Positions 1-9,000 of a DNA stretch of 25,047 bases are shown here, piece after piece. The stretch's first letter is position 1. Each line of letters starts with the position of its first letter. The stretch spans positions 1-25,047 of the IMG/VR virus record IMGVR_UViG_3300020162_000027. One strand, given 5' to 3'. Source of the stretch: a virus (taxonomy: Duplodnaviria; Caudoviricetes). Both the position numbers and the translations under genes were made by a program. Below the pieces are notes generated by a model that saw only the letters and a list, made by a program, of their open reading frames with translations, made no database searches and was not told where the DNA came from.

Positions 1-27
1 GTTGAATCGTGTAAAGCAGTTTATAGA

Positions 28-324
28 ATGTTACGTGAACTCCCACCTTTCAACAAATATGAGTTACCTACCCCTTCCGAGATAGAGTTTTTAGTTGTAG
101 ATGATCCTGCAATGTATGGTCAATACCAACCTGAACCACACTGTATAACAATCAGTTCAGCTAAACAGAGTTATTTACAAACCCTTGAGAAAACAATGGC
201 ACATGAAATGGTGCATCTTATTTTATACCTTCAGGGTAAACGATATGAACTCCATAACAAAAACTTCTATAAACTAACATATCAAATAGCCGAGATATAT
301 GGCTGGGAACCCAAGGACTTATAA
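28..324 (+). CDS. SprT-like zinc metalloprotease domain protein (start uncertain, close to window edge)
   Basis: HExxH motif (TMAHEMVHL) followed by a downstream H in HNKNF, the SprT-like pattern; 98 aa. Confidence 0.65.
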   Translation: MLRELPPFNKYELPTPSEIEFLVVDDPAMYGQYQPEPHCITISSAKQSYLQTLEKTMAHEMVHLILYLQGKRYELHNKNFYKLTYQIAEIYGWEPKDL

Positions 325-503
325 TGGAACATTTACAAGAATCAACTAAACATGTATTAGATACTGCATCAATAGCTACAGCAGTTGGAACAGTAATGCA
401 AGTACTACCTGCTATTGCAGCTCTATTTACTATTGTATGGACTTTAATTCGTATCTACGAAACAAAGACAATACAAAAACTATTAGGTAAAAATAAAGGA
501 TAA
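324..503 (+). CDS. Small membrane protein, putative holin (59 aa, absent from ORF track)
   Basis: Hand-translated MEHLQESTKHVLDTASIATAVGTVMQVLPAIAALFTIVWTLIRIYETKTIQKLLGKNKG. TAATG stop/start overlap with the upstream gene, hydrophobic helix or helices and a basic C-terminus. Fills the gap up to the next gene. Confidence 0.65.
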   Translation: MEHLQESTKHVLDTASIATAVGTVMQVLPAIAALFTIVWTLIRIYETKTIQKLLGKNKG

Positions 504-505
504 GT

Positions 506-1522
506 ATGGCTACTTCAGGTACTACTACATTTACAGTTACCAGAGATCAAATTATTGAAGCTGCTTTACGTAGTTTGTCAGTTCTTGAAGAGGGGGCTCA
601 GCCATCCGCTACTACTTTAGAAAACTCTTCTTTTTCTTTAAATCTTATTTTAAAGAAATGGCAATCAGAAGGTATGAAAATATGGACTATTAAAGAGTAT
701 ACGTTACCTTTAGTTCCTAATCAAACTTCTTATACTATTGGACCTTCAGTAACTTATGATTATAATGCTGCTAAGCCTTTAAGACTTATCCAAGCCTACT
801 TAAGAAACTTATCTAACTCTACTGATTCAGTTGGTAAGATTGCTTTAGTATCTCCAGGGTCAGGTTATTCAGCTGTTGCTAGTAATCCTGTTTCTGCTAC
901 AGGTGGTCTAGGTTCTGGTGCCTCTTTTAATTTAACTTTTGGTGGTAATCTTACTTTAGGAACTGGTTATGTAACTGGTGTTCAACTTGCTAACACTGGA
1001 GGTAGTTCATACTCTGTTGGAGACATATTAACAATGCAAGGTGGTGCTTACACAACCCCAGCAACTATAAGAGTAGACTCTCTTCTAAATGTAAATACAG
1101 ATATGCCAATGACTATTATCTCACAACAAGAGTATAATATCTTGGGTGCTAAACAATCACAGGGTAATGTAAACACTGTATACTATAAGTCTTGGAGAGA
1201 CTATGGAGAACTTAGTGTATTCTTAACTCCTAATACTTTTACAGCTACAAATTATGATTTACATTTATTTGTACAAACACCTATTGAAGATATTACAAGT
1301 TCTAATCAAAACTTTGATTTCCCATCAGAATGGTTCTTAGCTCTTAAATGGGGTCTAGTTGCAGAGCTTGCATCAGACTATGAAAAGACTCTTACTGATA
1401 AACAATACTACGAACAAAAAGCAAATATGCTTAAGAATGAATTAATGGATTGGGATATTGAATGGACTTCAACATTCTTCCAACCAGATGTAAGATCAGG
1501 GTTTAATAGGAGCTTCCGTTAA
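506..1522 (+). CDS. Head-tail adaptor, P22 gp4-like, with an inserted Gly/Ser/Thr-rich beta domain
   Basis: N-terminus TRDQIIEAALRSLSV...LNLILKKW resembles the P22 gp4 N-terminal helices; C-terminal FPSEWFLALKWGLVAELA. AAGGA RBS. Lies immediately before the gp10-like gene. Confidence 0.7.
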   Translation: MATSGTTTFTVTRDQIIEAALRSLSVLEEGAQPSATTLENSSFSLNLILKKWQSEGMKIWTIKEYTLPLVPNQTSYTIGPSVTYDYNAAKPLRLIQAYLRNLSNSTDSVGKIALVSPGSGYSAVASNPVSATGGLGSGASFNLTFGGNLTLGTGYVTGVQLANTGGSSYSVGDILTMQGGAYTTPATIRVDSLLNVNTDMPMTIISQQEYNILGAKQSQGNVNTVYYKSWRDYGELSVFLTPNTFTATNYDLHLFVQTPIEDITSSNQNFDFPSEWFLALKWGLVAELASDYEKTLTDKQYYEQKANMLKNELMDWDIEWTSTFFQPDVRSGFNRSFR

Positions 1523-3171
1523 TACCTATTGTTAATGTTCCGTTAACAACGCCTATAAAACAACGTACTAACAATTTTAGCAAAGATGCTAAGATGGTTA
1601 ATTGTTTTAAAGAATCTATGGCTGACGGTAGAACATTAGCTATTAAACGACCAGGTAAAGCCCCTTACCCAATTACCCCTGCCTTACCTATTGATGGTAA
1701 TGGTCTTTGGGCATTTAATAATAATTTATATGCAGCTGCTAATACTAAATTATATAGTATTACTGGTGGTAATTCAGTTGAAGTACTTACAGGTATGAGT
1801 GGGTTAAATGTTAGTTGGGTTAATACATTAGCTACAACAGCACCACGTCCTTATATGGTATTTCATGATCAGGTTGCTGGTTATTCTATGGATTCTACTG
1901 GTCTTGTTGTACAAATTAATAATCAAGTAGCAGGGGTTACATTAGTAAGTGGAGGATCTGGTTACACAGCAACTACTGGTACTTTTACAGTTACAGGTTC
2001 TGTTAGTGGTTCTGGTGCGGGTGGTACTTATATTTCTGATGGAAGTTCTGTAACAAGTGTTACACTTACAAGTTCTGGTTCTAACTATCAAGGTACTTTA
2101 GCTGTTGTATTTGATGTGGGTGGTTCTGCTGTAGCTACTCCTTATTTAAATTCATTTCCTCTTAACCCTGTACCAGGTTTAGTATACCTTGATGGTTATG
2201 TTTTTGCTATGGACTCTGAAGGTCAAGTATGGCAATCTGACAATGAAAATCCAAATATCTGGGGACCTTTAAACTATACTTCAGCTAAATCAGAAGGAGA
2301 TAAAGGTAAAGCTATAGCTAGACATCTTAATTATGTTATTGCTTTTAAACAGTGGACAGCTGATTTTTTCTATGATGCTGGTAATCCTACAGGTTCAGTG
2401 TTAAATATTAACCAGTCTGCTCACTTAGAAATTGGGTGTGCTGATGGTAATAGTATTCAAAACCCAGAACAAAGTTTAATCTGGATGGGAACTGTAGTTG
2501 AAGGAGGCAGAGGTATCTATATGCTTGATGGCTTATCTCCAATCAGAGTATCTTCTAAAGCCGTTGAGACTTATTTAAATGCTAGTGACCTAACAGGTAC
2601 CTACTCTTGGTTATATAAAATTGCTGGCCATACTTTATATGGACTTGTATTAACAGATCAAAATGTTACACTTGTATATGATATAAATGAAAAAGAATGG
2701 CACTACTGGACTACAAGTACTGAGGACATTGGTGGTGATGAGCACTACTTTGAATGTTCTTTTGTAGTACAATTTCCATTTAACAGTGGTAACTTCTATG
2801 TATTAGATGCTATTAATGGTTTAGTATTTACATTAAGTCCTAATAACTATGTAGACCCTTTTGGGCCTATTAAAATGCGTATTGTAACTGACCGTATAGA
2901 CTTTGATACATATGCTTTTAAAACTGGATATGGTTTAACTATATTTGGTGATAACATTAATGATGTACTACAAGTTAGGCATACTGAAGATGATTATCAA
3001 CATTGGTCTAGATATAGAAGTATAAACTTAAGTTTACAAAAACCTTGTTTATATCAACTTGGTAGATTTAGACGTAGAGCTTATGAATATTTATATACAG
3101 GAAATAACCCATTACGTTTAGAAAAAGTAGAATTTAATATTAATGGTAGACTGGATCTAAAACAAGAATAG
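1522..3171 (+). CDS. Tail hub / DNA stabilization protein, P22 gp10-like (probable ATA start at 1522; first ATG at 1594)
   Basis: Beta-propeller-like sequence (YLDGYVFA, SAKSEGD, EIGCADGNSI, TLVYDINEKEWH, LGRFRRR) typical of gp10/Phage_stabilise proteins. The frame is open from 1510, with AGGAG at 1508-1512. Confidence 0.75.
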   Translation: MPIVNVPLTTPIKQRTNNFSKDAKMVNCFKESMADGRTLAIKRPGKAPYPITPALPIDGNGLWAFNNNLYAAANTKLYSITGGNSVEVLTGMSGLNVSWVNTLATTAPRPYMVFHDQVAGYSMDSTGLVVQINNQVAGVTLVSGGSGYTATTGTFTVTGSVSGSGAGGTYISDGSSVTSVTLTSSGSNYQGTLAVVFDVGGSAVATPYLNSFPLNPVPGLVYLDGYVFAMDSEGQVWQSDNENPNIWGPLNYTSAKSEGDKGKAIARHLNYVIAFKQWTADFFYDAGNPTGSVLNINQSAHLEIGCADGNSIQNPEQSLIWMGTVVEGGRGIYMLDGLSPIRVSSKAVETYLNASDLTGTYSWLYKIAGHTLYGLVLTDQNVTLVYDINEKEWHYWTTSTEDIGGDEHYFECSFVVQFPFNSGNFYVLDAINGLVFTLSPNNYVDPFGPIKMRIVTDRIDFDTYAFKTGYGLTIFGDNINDVLQVRHTEDDYQHWSRYRSINLSLQKPCLYQLGRFRRRAYEYLYTGNNPLRLEKVEFNINGRLDLKQE

Positions 3172-3174
3172 TCT

Positions 3175-3591
3175 ATGCAAGTATCTATAGTAGACACAAA
3201 ACACATTGAAACTATGTGGCCTCTTATTGAAGGCTATATGAAAAGAGCAGCTAAGTATACTTATGGTAGATTTGAAGCTGAAGATATTAAAGAAGGATTA
3301 CTAAAGCAACCACAACAACTTTGGATTGCTTTTGATGATAAAAAGATTTATGGTGCTGTAGTTACTGAAATAATTAAGTACCCTAGAATGACAGCTTTAA
3401 CTGTACACTTTTTAGCAGGCATTGAGTTTGAAACATGGAAAGAACCTATGCTTAAAATAGTGCAACAATTTGGTAAAGACAATGGTTGTAAATTAATTGA
3501 TAGCTATGGACGTCCTGGTTGGGAAAGAGTCTGGGCTAACTATGGTTATACTAAACGTTTTATATTTTATGAATTACCTCTGGAGAACTAA
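3175..3591 (+). CDS. GNAT-fold-like virion assembly protein (positional analogue of P22 gp14)
   Basis: 138 aa with QLWIAFD...GAVVTEI...HFLAG...GRPGWERV, a pattern common in podovirus tail modules. Sits between the gp10-like and gp7-like genes. Confidence 0.55.
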   Translation: MQVSIVDTKHIETMWPLIEGYMKRAAKYTYGRFEAEDIKEGLLKQPQQLWIAFDDKKIYGAVVTEIIKYPRMTALTVHFLAGIEFETWKEPMLKIVQQFGKDNGCKLIDSYGRPGWERVWANYGYTKRFIFYELPLEN

Positions 3592-3593
3592 CA

Positions 3594-4313
3594 ATGTACA
3601 AGATGTTTAACTTATTTAATTGGGTAACTACTTTAGTAGAGTCTTTTACTTTCTATGGTGGTGGTAAAGGTGGAGGAGGATCATCCTCATCAAGTTCTCA
3701 ACCTGTAGACTTTTTTGGTAAAGGTACAAGAGCTCCTTATGAATCAGCTCTTTCTGAGATGCTTTTAGGTGGAGGTCCTTCTCTTAATTATATTAAAAGT
3801 CAACCAGGATTTATGTTGGGTAGTCAAATGGGACAAGACGCTCTTTCAAGAAGATTTGCCGCTACAGGAATAGGTCCTAGTGGGGCTGAAAATTTAGCTA
3901 TTAATAACTTTCAAAATCAGTATACTGGTGATTATATGCAAAGAATGATTACTAACCTTATATCAGCTTCTGGAGCTGGTATGGTAGCAAATTCAAGTAC
4001 ATCACAATCTACAGGCCCAAGTCAAGTACCTGGTATTTTTGGTACTCTTGTAGGGGCTGGGTTAGCTATGAGTAATCCTTTTGGAAACGCTGCAACAATG
4101 GGTGCTACAGTGTCTGATAGAAACCTTAAAACTAACATTAAACATATTAATACTATTAACGGTATTAAGATTTATAGCTTTAACTATATTTGGTCTTATA
4201 TTAAATCAGTTGGTGTTATGGCTCAGGATCTTCTTAAGATTCCTGAATATAAAGATGCTGTACATATGACTAATATAGGTTATATGGTTGACTACTCTAA
4301 ACTACCTATTTAA
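3594..4313 (+). CDS. DNA ejection/pilot protein, gp7-like, with C-terminal peptidase S74 chaperone domain
   Basis: A 21-aa leader followed by GGGKGGGG (cf. KGGKGG after the cleaved leader of P22 gp7) and a Gly/Ser-rich body. SDRNLKTNI...GVMAQDL...VDY S74 signature from nt 4113. GGAG RBS. Confidence 0.7.
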   Translation: MYKMFNLFNWVTTLVESFTFYGGGKGGGGSSSSSSQPVDFFGKGTRAPYESALSEMLLGGGPSLNYIKSQPGFMLGSQMGQDALSRRFAATGIGPSGAENLAINNFQNQYTGDYMQRMITNLISASGAGMVANSSTSQSTGPSQVPGIFGTLVGAGLAMSNPFGNAATMGATVSDRNLKTNIKHINTINGIKIYSFNYIWSYIKSVGVMAQDLLKIPEYKDAVHMTNIGYMVDYSKLPI

Positions 4314-4328
4314 TTAAGGAATATAATT

Positions 4329-6086
4329 ATGGCACAATCATTTGGTGAAGGTTTATCTTCGGGCTTCCAGCTTGCTAGTGCCTTTAGACAAAGGAAGTTT
4401 GAACAGTCTATTGATGATGCGGGTAAGTCAGTAACAGAAGAAATGCAAAGAGAAAAAGACTTTAAAGCTCAACAAAGACAACTTGCAGATAATGCTAGAG
4501 CTAATAATACACCCACAACAGAACCAGTAAATCCTAGTGTCTATCAACAAGGTGACTCATTAGGACTCAAAGGGTATCAAGTAGGTAATAAACCTATACA
4601 AACTACAGTTCCTATAGCACCCCCTGGTTATATGTCTAAAGAAGATACTACAGTTGAGAATGATTTATCTCCAGGTGGTTTAGACTATCCATCTGCTAAC
4701 CCTGCTACAGCTCAAACATTAATAGGTAACTATGGTACTACTGCTTCGTTTAAGGGTGAAAAACCTACAAGAGAAGACTCTCTTAGAATGCAACAAGATA
4801 AACCATTAGCGTTTGGAGAAACCCCACCTTCTAATGTAATAGACTTAGCTCAAATTAAACCAGAAGTAGCACCTCAAGAAGCTGTTAAACCTAAGGTATT
4901 AGATACTTTAAATGAACAAGTTACTACAGCTGATAGAGCTAAAGATATCTATGAGTACAATACTCGTGTTATTCAAAAGCTCCAACAAGGTGGTAATGCT
5001 AGAGCAGCCTTAGAGTTTCAAGGTAAAGTAGCTAATGCAGAGCTTACACTAGCTCAAGCTGATCATTCAAAGTTTACCACAATGTCTGCCCTATCTAAAA
5101 AAGTAGGTGATATGGCTACTAATGCTTTAGAAGCAATGCAGCAGCCTGGTGCTGATGTTAATAAGATTTTCTATGATACTATGGCTAGTGCTAAAAATGA
5201 TTTAGGTTATACTGGTAAAGTACCTTTTAGTATGGACCCTAGAGAAAATATTAAAACATTACAAATGTTAGAAAAGAATTCTCTCACTGTAGCAGAAAAA
5301 GCTGAACTTGGTATTAAACAAGCTGTTGCTTCTCAAAAGTCTGTAATGGATAATGCAGAACTTAGAATTAAAGAAGAGAAGTTAAATCTTGATAAGATTA
5401 ATACTGGTTTAGCTATGACTAAAGAAACTCGTGAACAAGCTACTGTAAGCTTTAATCGCTTAGCTGAGAACGTTAAACTACAGTTCCAAGCTCTTAATAG
5501 TATTAACTCTGTAATGGATGAAGACTACAAGAAGGCTTTAAAACCTAGCTATGATGCTAACTTAAAAGCTCTTCAAGGGTATGCTAAAGCATTAAATGTA
5601 CCAATGCCTAATATTGCAGTTGCAACTCCAGGTAGCACTCTTCCAGGAGCTAAACCTATGCCTGGTGCAGCTCCAATCCCAGCACCTGCTGCAGTTAATG
5701 CACCTGCTAATACACAACCAGATAACACTAGGTTTGGTGAATTAACTACAGCTGCTATGGAAGGAAAACCAATAACTGATACTGCAGGTGGTTATGAAAC
5801 ACCTACACCTAAAACTCCTGCTCAAGAGAAACAAGATGCTAAAACTCGTGCTGCTGCAAAAGAAAACATTAAAGCTCAGATTGAAGCCTTAAAAGAGTCT
5901 ACTGATGCTGCAGATATTAGAATGGCTAAGAGTGCAGCTAAAGGTTTAAAAACAGTTGGTAAAGCTACTTTAGCAGTAGCAAGTGAGGCAGGTAACGCTA
6001 TAAAAGAATGGGCTGTTGGTAAAGACCAAGCAGAAGTAAACGCTAAGATTAAAGAACTTCAAAAACAATTAGACGCACTTAAATAA
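4329..6086 (+). CDS. Internal virion / ejection protein (gp20-like position)
   Basis: 585 aa, Ala/Gln/Lys-rich coiled-coil with Pro-rich linkers; starts MAQSFGEGLSSGFQLA. AAGGA RBS. Lies between the gp7-like and the large ejection gene. Confidence 0.6.
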   Translation: MAQSFGEGLSSGFQLASAFRQRKFEQSIDDAGKSVTEEMQREKDFKAQQRQLADNARANNTPTTEPVNPSVYQQGDSLGLKGYQVGNKPIQTTVPIAPPGYMSKEDTTVENDLSPGGLDYPSANPATAQTLIGNYGTTASFKGEKPTREDSLRMQQDKPLAFGETPPSNVIDLAQIKPEVAPQEAVKPKVLDTLNEQVTTADRAKDIYEYNTRVIQKLQQGGNARAALEFQGKVANAELTLAQADHSKFTTMSALSKKVGDMATNALEAMQQPGADVNKIFYDTMASAKNDLGYTGKVPFSMDPRENIKTLQMLEKNSLTVAEKAELGIKQAVASQKSVMDNAELRIKEEKLNLDKINTGLAMTKETREQATVSFNRLAENVKLQFQALNSINSVMDEDYKKALKPSYDANLKALQGYAKALNVPMPNIAVATPGSTLPGAKPMPGAAPIPAPAAVNAPANTQPDNTRFGELTTAAMEGKPITDTAGGYETPTPKTPAQEKQDAKTRAAAKENIKAQIEALKESTDAADIRMAKSAAKGLKTVGKATLAVASEAGNAIKEWAVGKDQAEVNAKIKELQKQLDALK

Positions 6087-9000
6087 ATGGCAACAACTAC
6101 TAAGTTAAAAGAATCACCTTTTCTAAGTGAGGGAGAGGCTTTTACTAAAGATAAGCTTATTGAGTTTATTAAAGATAGAGAATCTTTTAGTCCAAAAGCA
6201 TACAAGGATGGAGATCATTACTCTATTGGGTATGGTACTAAAGCTTCTGGCCCAGATGAAACTATCTCTAAGAAAGTAGCAGAACAAAGACTACTTCAAG
6301 ATATTGACACTCGTGAAAAGTTTATTCGTAACTTTGCTAAGGTTAAAGGTTATGATTGGAATGACTCACAAGTTCATAGTTTAGTTGACTTTCATTACAA
6401 TACAGGTCAAAAGAACTTCTTAGCCCTTACTGATAATGGTAAACGTTCTAATGATGAAATTGCCCAAAAGATTCCTGAGTACAATCAAGTTGAGGGAGAG
6501 TTTAATCAAGGTATTCAAAACCGTAGATTCCAAAATCAACTAGCATTTACTACACCTACTGAAACAAATTCATTACAAAACTTTGCTGGGGCTCCTCAGG
6601 AGCAACCACCTCAAGCTACTACACCAGTAGCACCTATTAAAACAGCTCAAGTAGCTCCTACTGAAATAGTACCTAGTAAGGTAACTCAAACAACACCTGA
6701 ATCTGTAGACCAATCTACTTTTACTAACACACCTCCTATACAAGTTGCAGCTAATACAAATCCTAATGTAGCTAGTGATGTGCCTACATCAGTTATAGAC
6801 ACTACTAGTAGTCCTCAAGTACCTCAATCTATAAGTCAGAAGTTTGGATATGATCCTAACAAGTTTAAATTTAACCAACCACAACAAGCAGCCCTTGCTT
6901 CTGTAAATCAAACACCTCAAGAACCTTTTTCTAAAGATTTTAATGATCAAATTGTTAAAGTTTTATTAGACAATAAAAAACAAGGTTTAGCTAAAAACTA
7001 TTATGATAATATAAATAATCTATTTAATAAACAAAATATACCATCTAAAGAATTTAATGATGAAATTGTAAATAGTTTACTTTCTTTAAATCAAAAAGAT
7101 TTAGCTAAACAATATTACAATGATATGATGTCTATTCCTTCTGTTCAACCAAAAGGACAACAACCCCTTCAACCTGAAACTAAACCAGTAGAACCAGTAA
7201 AAGAACAAGGTGCTCTAAGGGTATTAGGTCAGACAGCTTTAAAAGAAGTTATTCCTACTGGTATTGGTTTTGGACTATCAGAAATTGTTGGTGCTGCCCT
7301 AGCACCTGAAACAGGTGGTGCTTCTTTAGCAGTAGTACCTTTACTTGTTAACCTTGCAGCACGTATTGGTACTTTTGTAGCAGGTCATGCTGGTGGTAGT
7401 GCTGCTCAAAAGAATTTACTTCCAGAATCACTTAACAAAACTTTAGAACAAGGTGAAGCACAACACCCTACAGCAGCTATGGTAGGTGGTTTCTTACCCT
7501 TTGGTTTATATGGTGGCTATGGATTATCTACAGCTGCTCGTAAAGAAATAAGTTCAGCATATGACCTAGCTAAAACTGGTGACTACTCTAAGATTAAATC
7601 TTTAAAGACTTGGGCAGAACCTGCTGTGCAGGCTGGCTTTGGTGCTGGTATTGAAGGGGTCTCACAACTAGTTACAGGTGAGTTTGATCCATCACGTATT
7701 TTAATTAGTGGTATGATGATGCCATTAGTAAGTGGCGACAAGACTCGTCTTGGTAAAGCCGTATCATTTGAAAATGTAAACTTTAAACCAAAAGAATCAG
7801 CAGATTCTATTATTGATAGGATTTCAAAGAGTGAATTCTTTGTACCTAAACAAGTAGATGATATACCTATTATAAACCTCTCAAAGGAGACTAAAGGTGA
7901 ATACGCAACTAGACATGGTATTACTGAAGCTGAAGTTGATACTCATAAAGCTAATGCAGACTCTGTAAGAATTAAAACTATTAAAGACGTTCCTACAATG
8001 GAAGTCGACAATGCTAGTGTTATTAAAGAGTTTGCTACTAAAGCTTGGACTAAACTATATAACCTTCCAGAGAATACATTTAAAGACTTCCAGTCTTATC
8101 TAGACTTTAAGATTCAAAGAACTAAGATTGAACATCAAGAACCTCAATCTGCTTTTGAATATATGAATAAAGAATCTTTTGCTGCCGCTGAGCAAGAGTC
8201 CTTTACTAGAAGACAAGAACACTATAATAAAGTTAGTGATCTTCAATCTGAGATTGATGGATTAAAAACACTACGTCAAACAGAAACTGACCCTAAAGAA
8301 AGTGCTGATCTTTTAAAACAAATTAGTGCTAAAGAAGTAGAACTTAAAACATTAAAAGAAAATGAACCACCTGAAGCTAGGATTTCTCATAAGGAGTTTT
8401 TAACAACTGAAGATACACACAATGTATTAACAGGTGCTAAAACTATTGGTGAAGCTTTAGATCGTTTAGTAGAGGGTAACTTAGGTACTCCTATTGAAAA
8501 GGCTTTATTTAAACTTCTTAGATCTAATAAATATATTAGTGAAATACCTTTAGTACTTAACCCTACTAAAGAATTAATGGATAAAGAAGGCTATCTTATC
8601 CCTGGTTTTTATAACAGGAAAAAGATAGGTGAAGGTCTATTTGACGATGGTAGCTTACATCTTAATAAACATGCTAACTTACATACTTTTGGTCATGAAA
8701 TGTTACATGCGGCTACTCTTAATGCAATGGATAAAGATCCTGCATTTGCTAAACAAATGGATGACTTCTTTGAAAAGCTTAAAGCTACCGCAAGTAAGGA
8801 TGAACTCTGGGAAAGTCAAACTGAAAAGTCTTTTTATGGTTTAGCTGATGCTAGAGAGATGATATCTGAAGCATTTGCTAATGAAGCATTCCAAAGATGG
8901 TTAAGTGAAAGACCACCACTATTAGATGTTAAAGCTCCTAGTGCTTGGCAAGAGTTTAAAAACATCATTAAAGAGTATCTTGGTACTCCTAAAACAGAGA

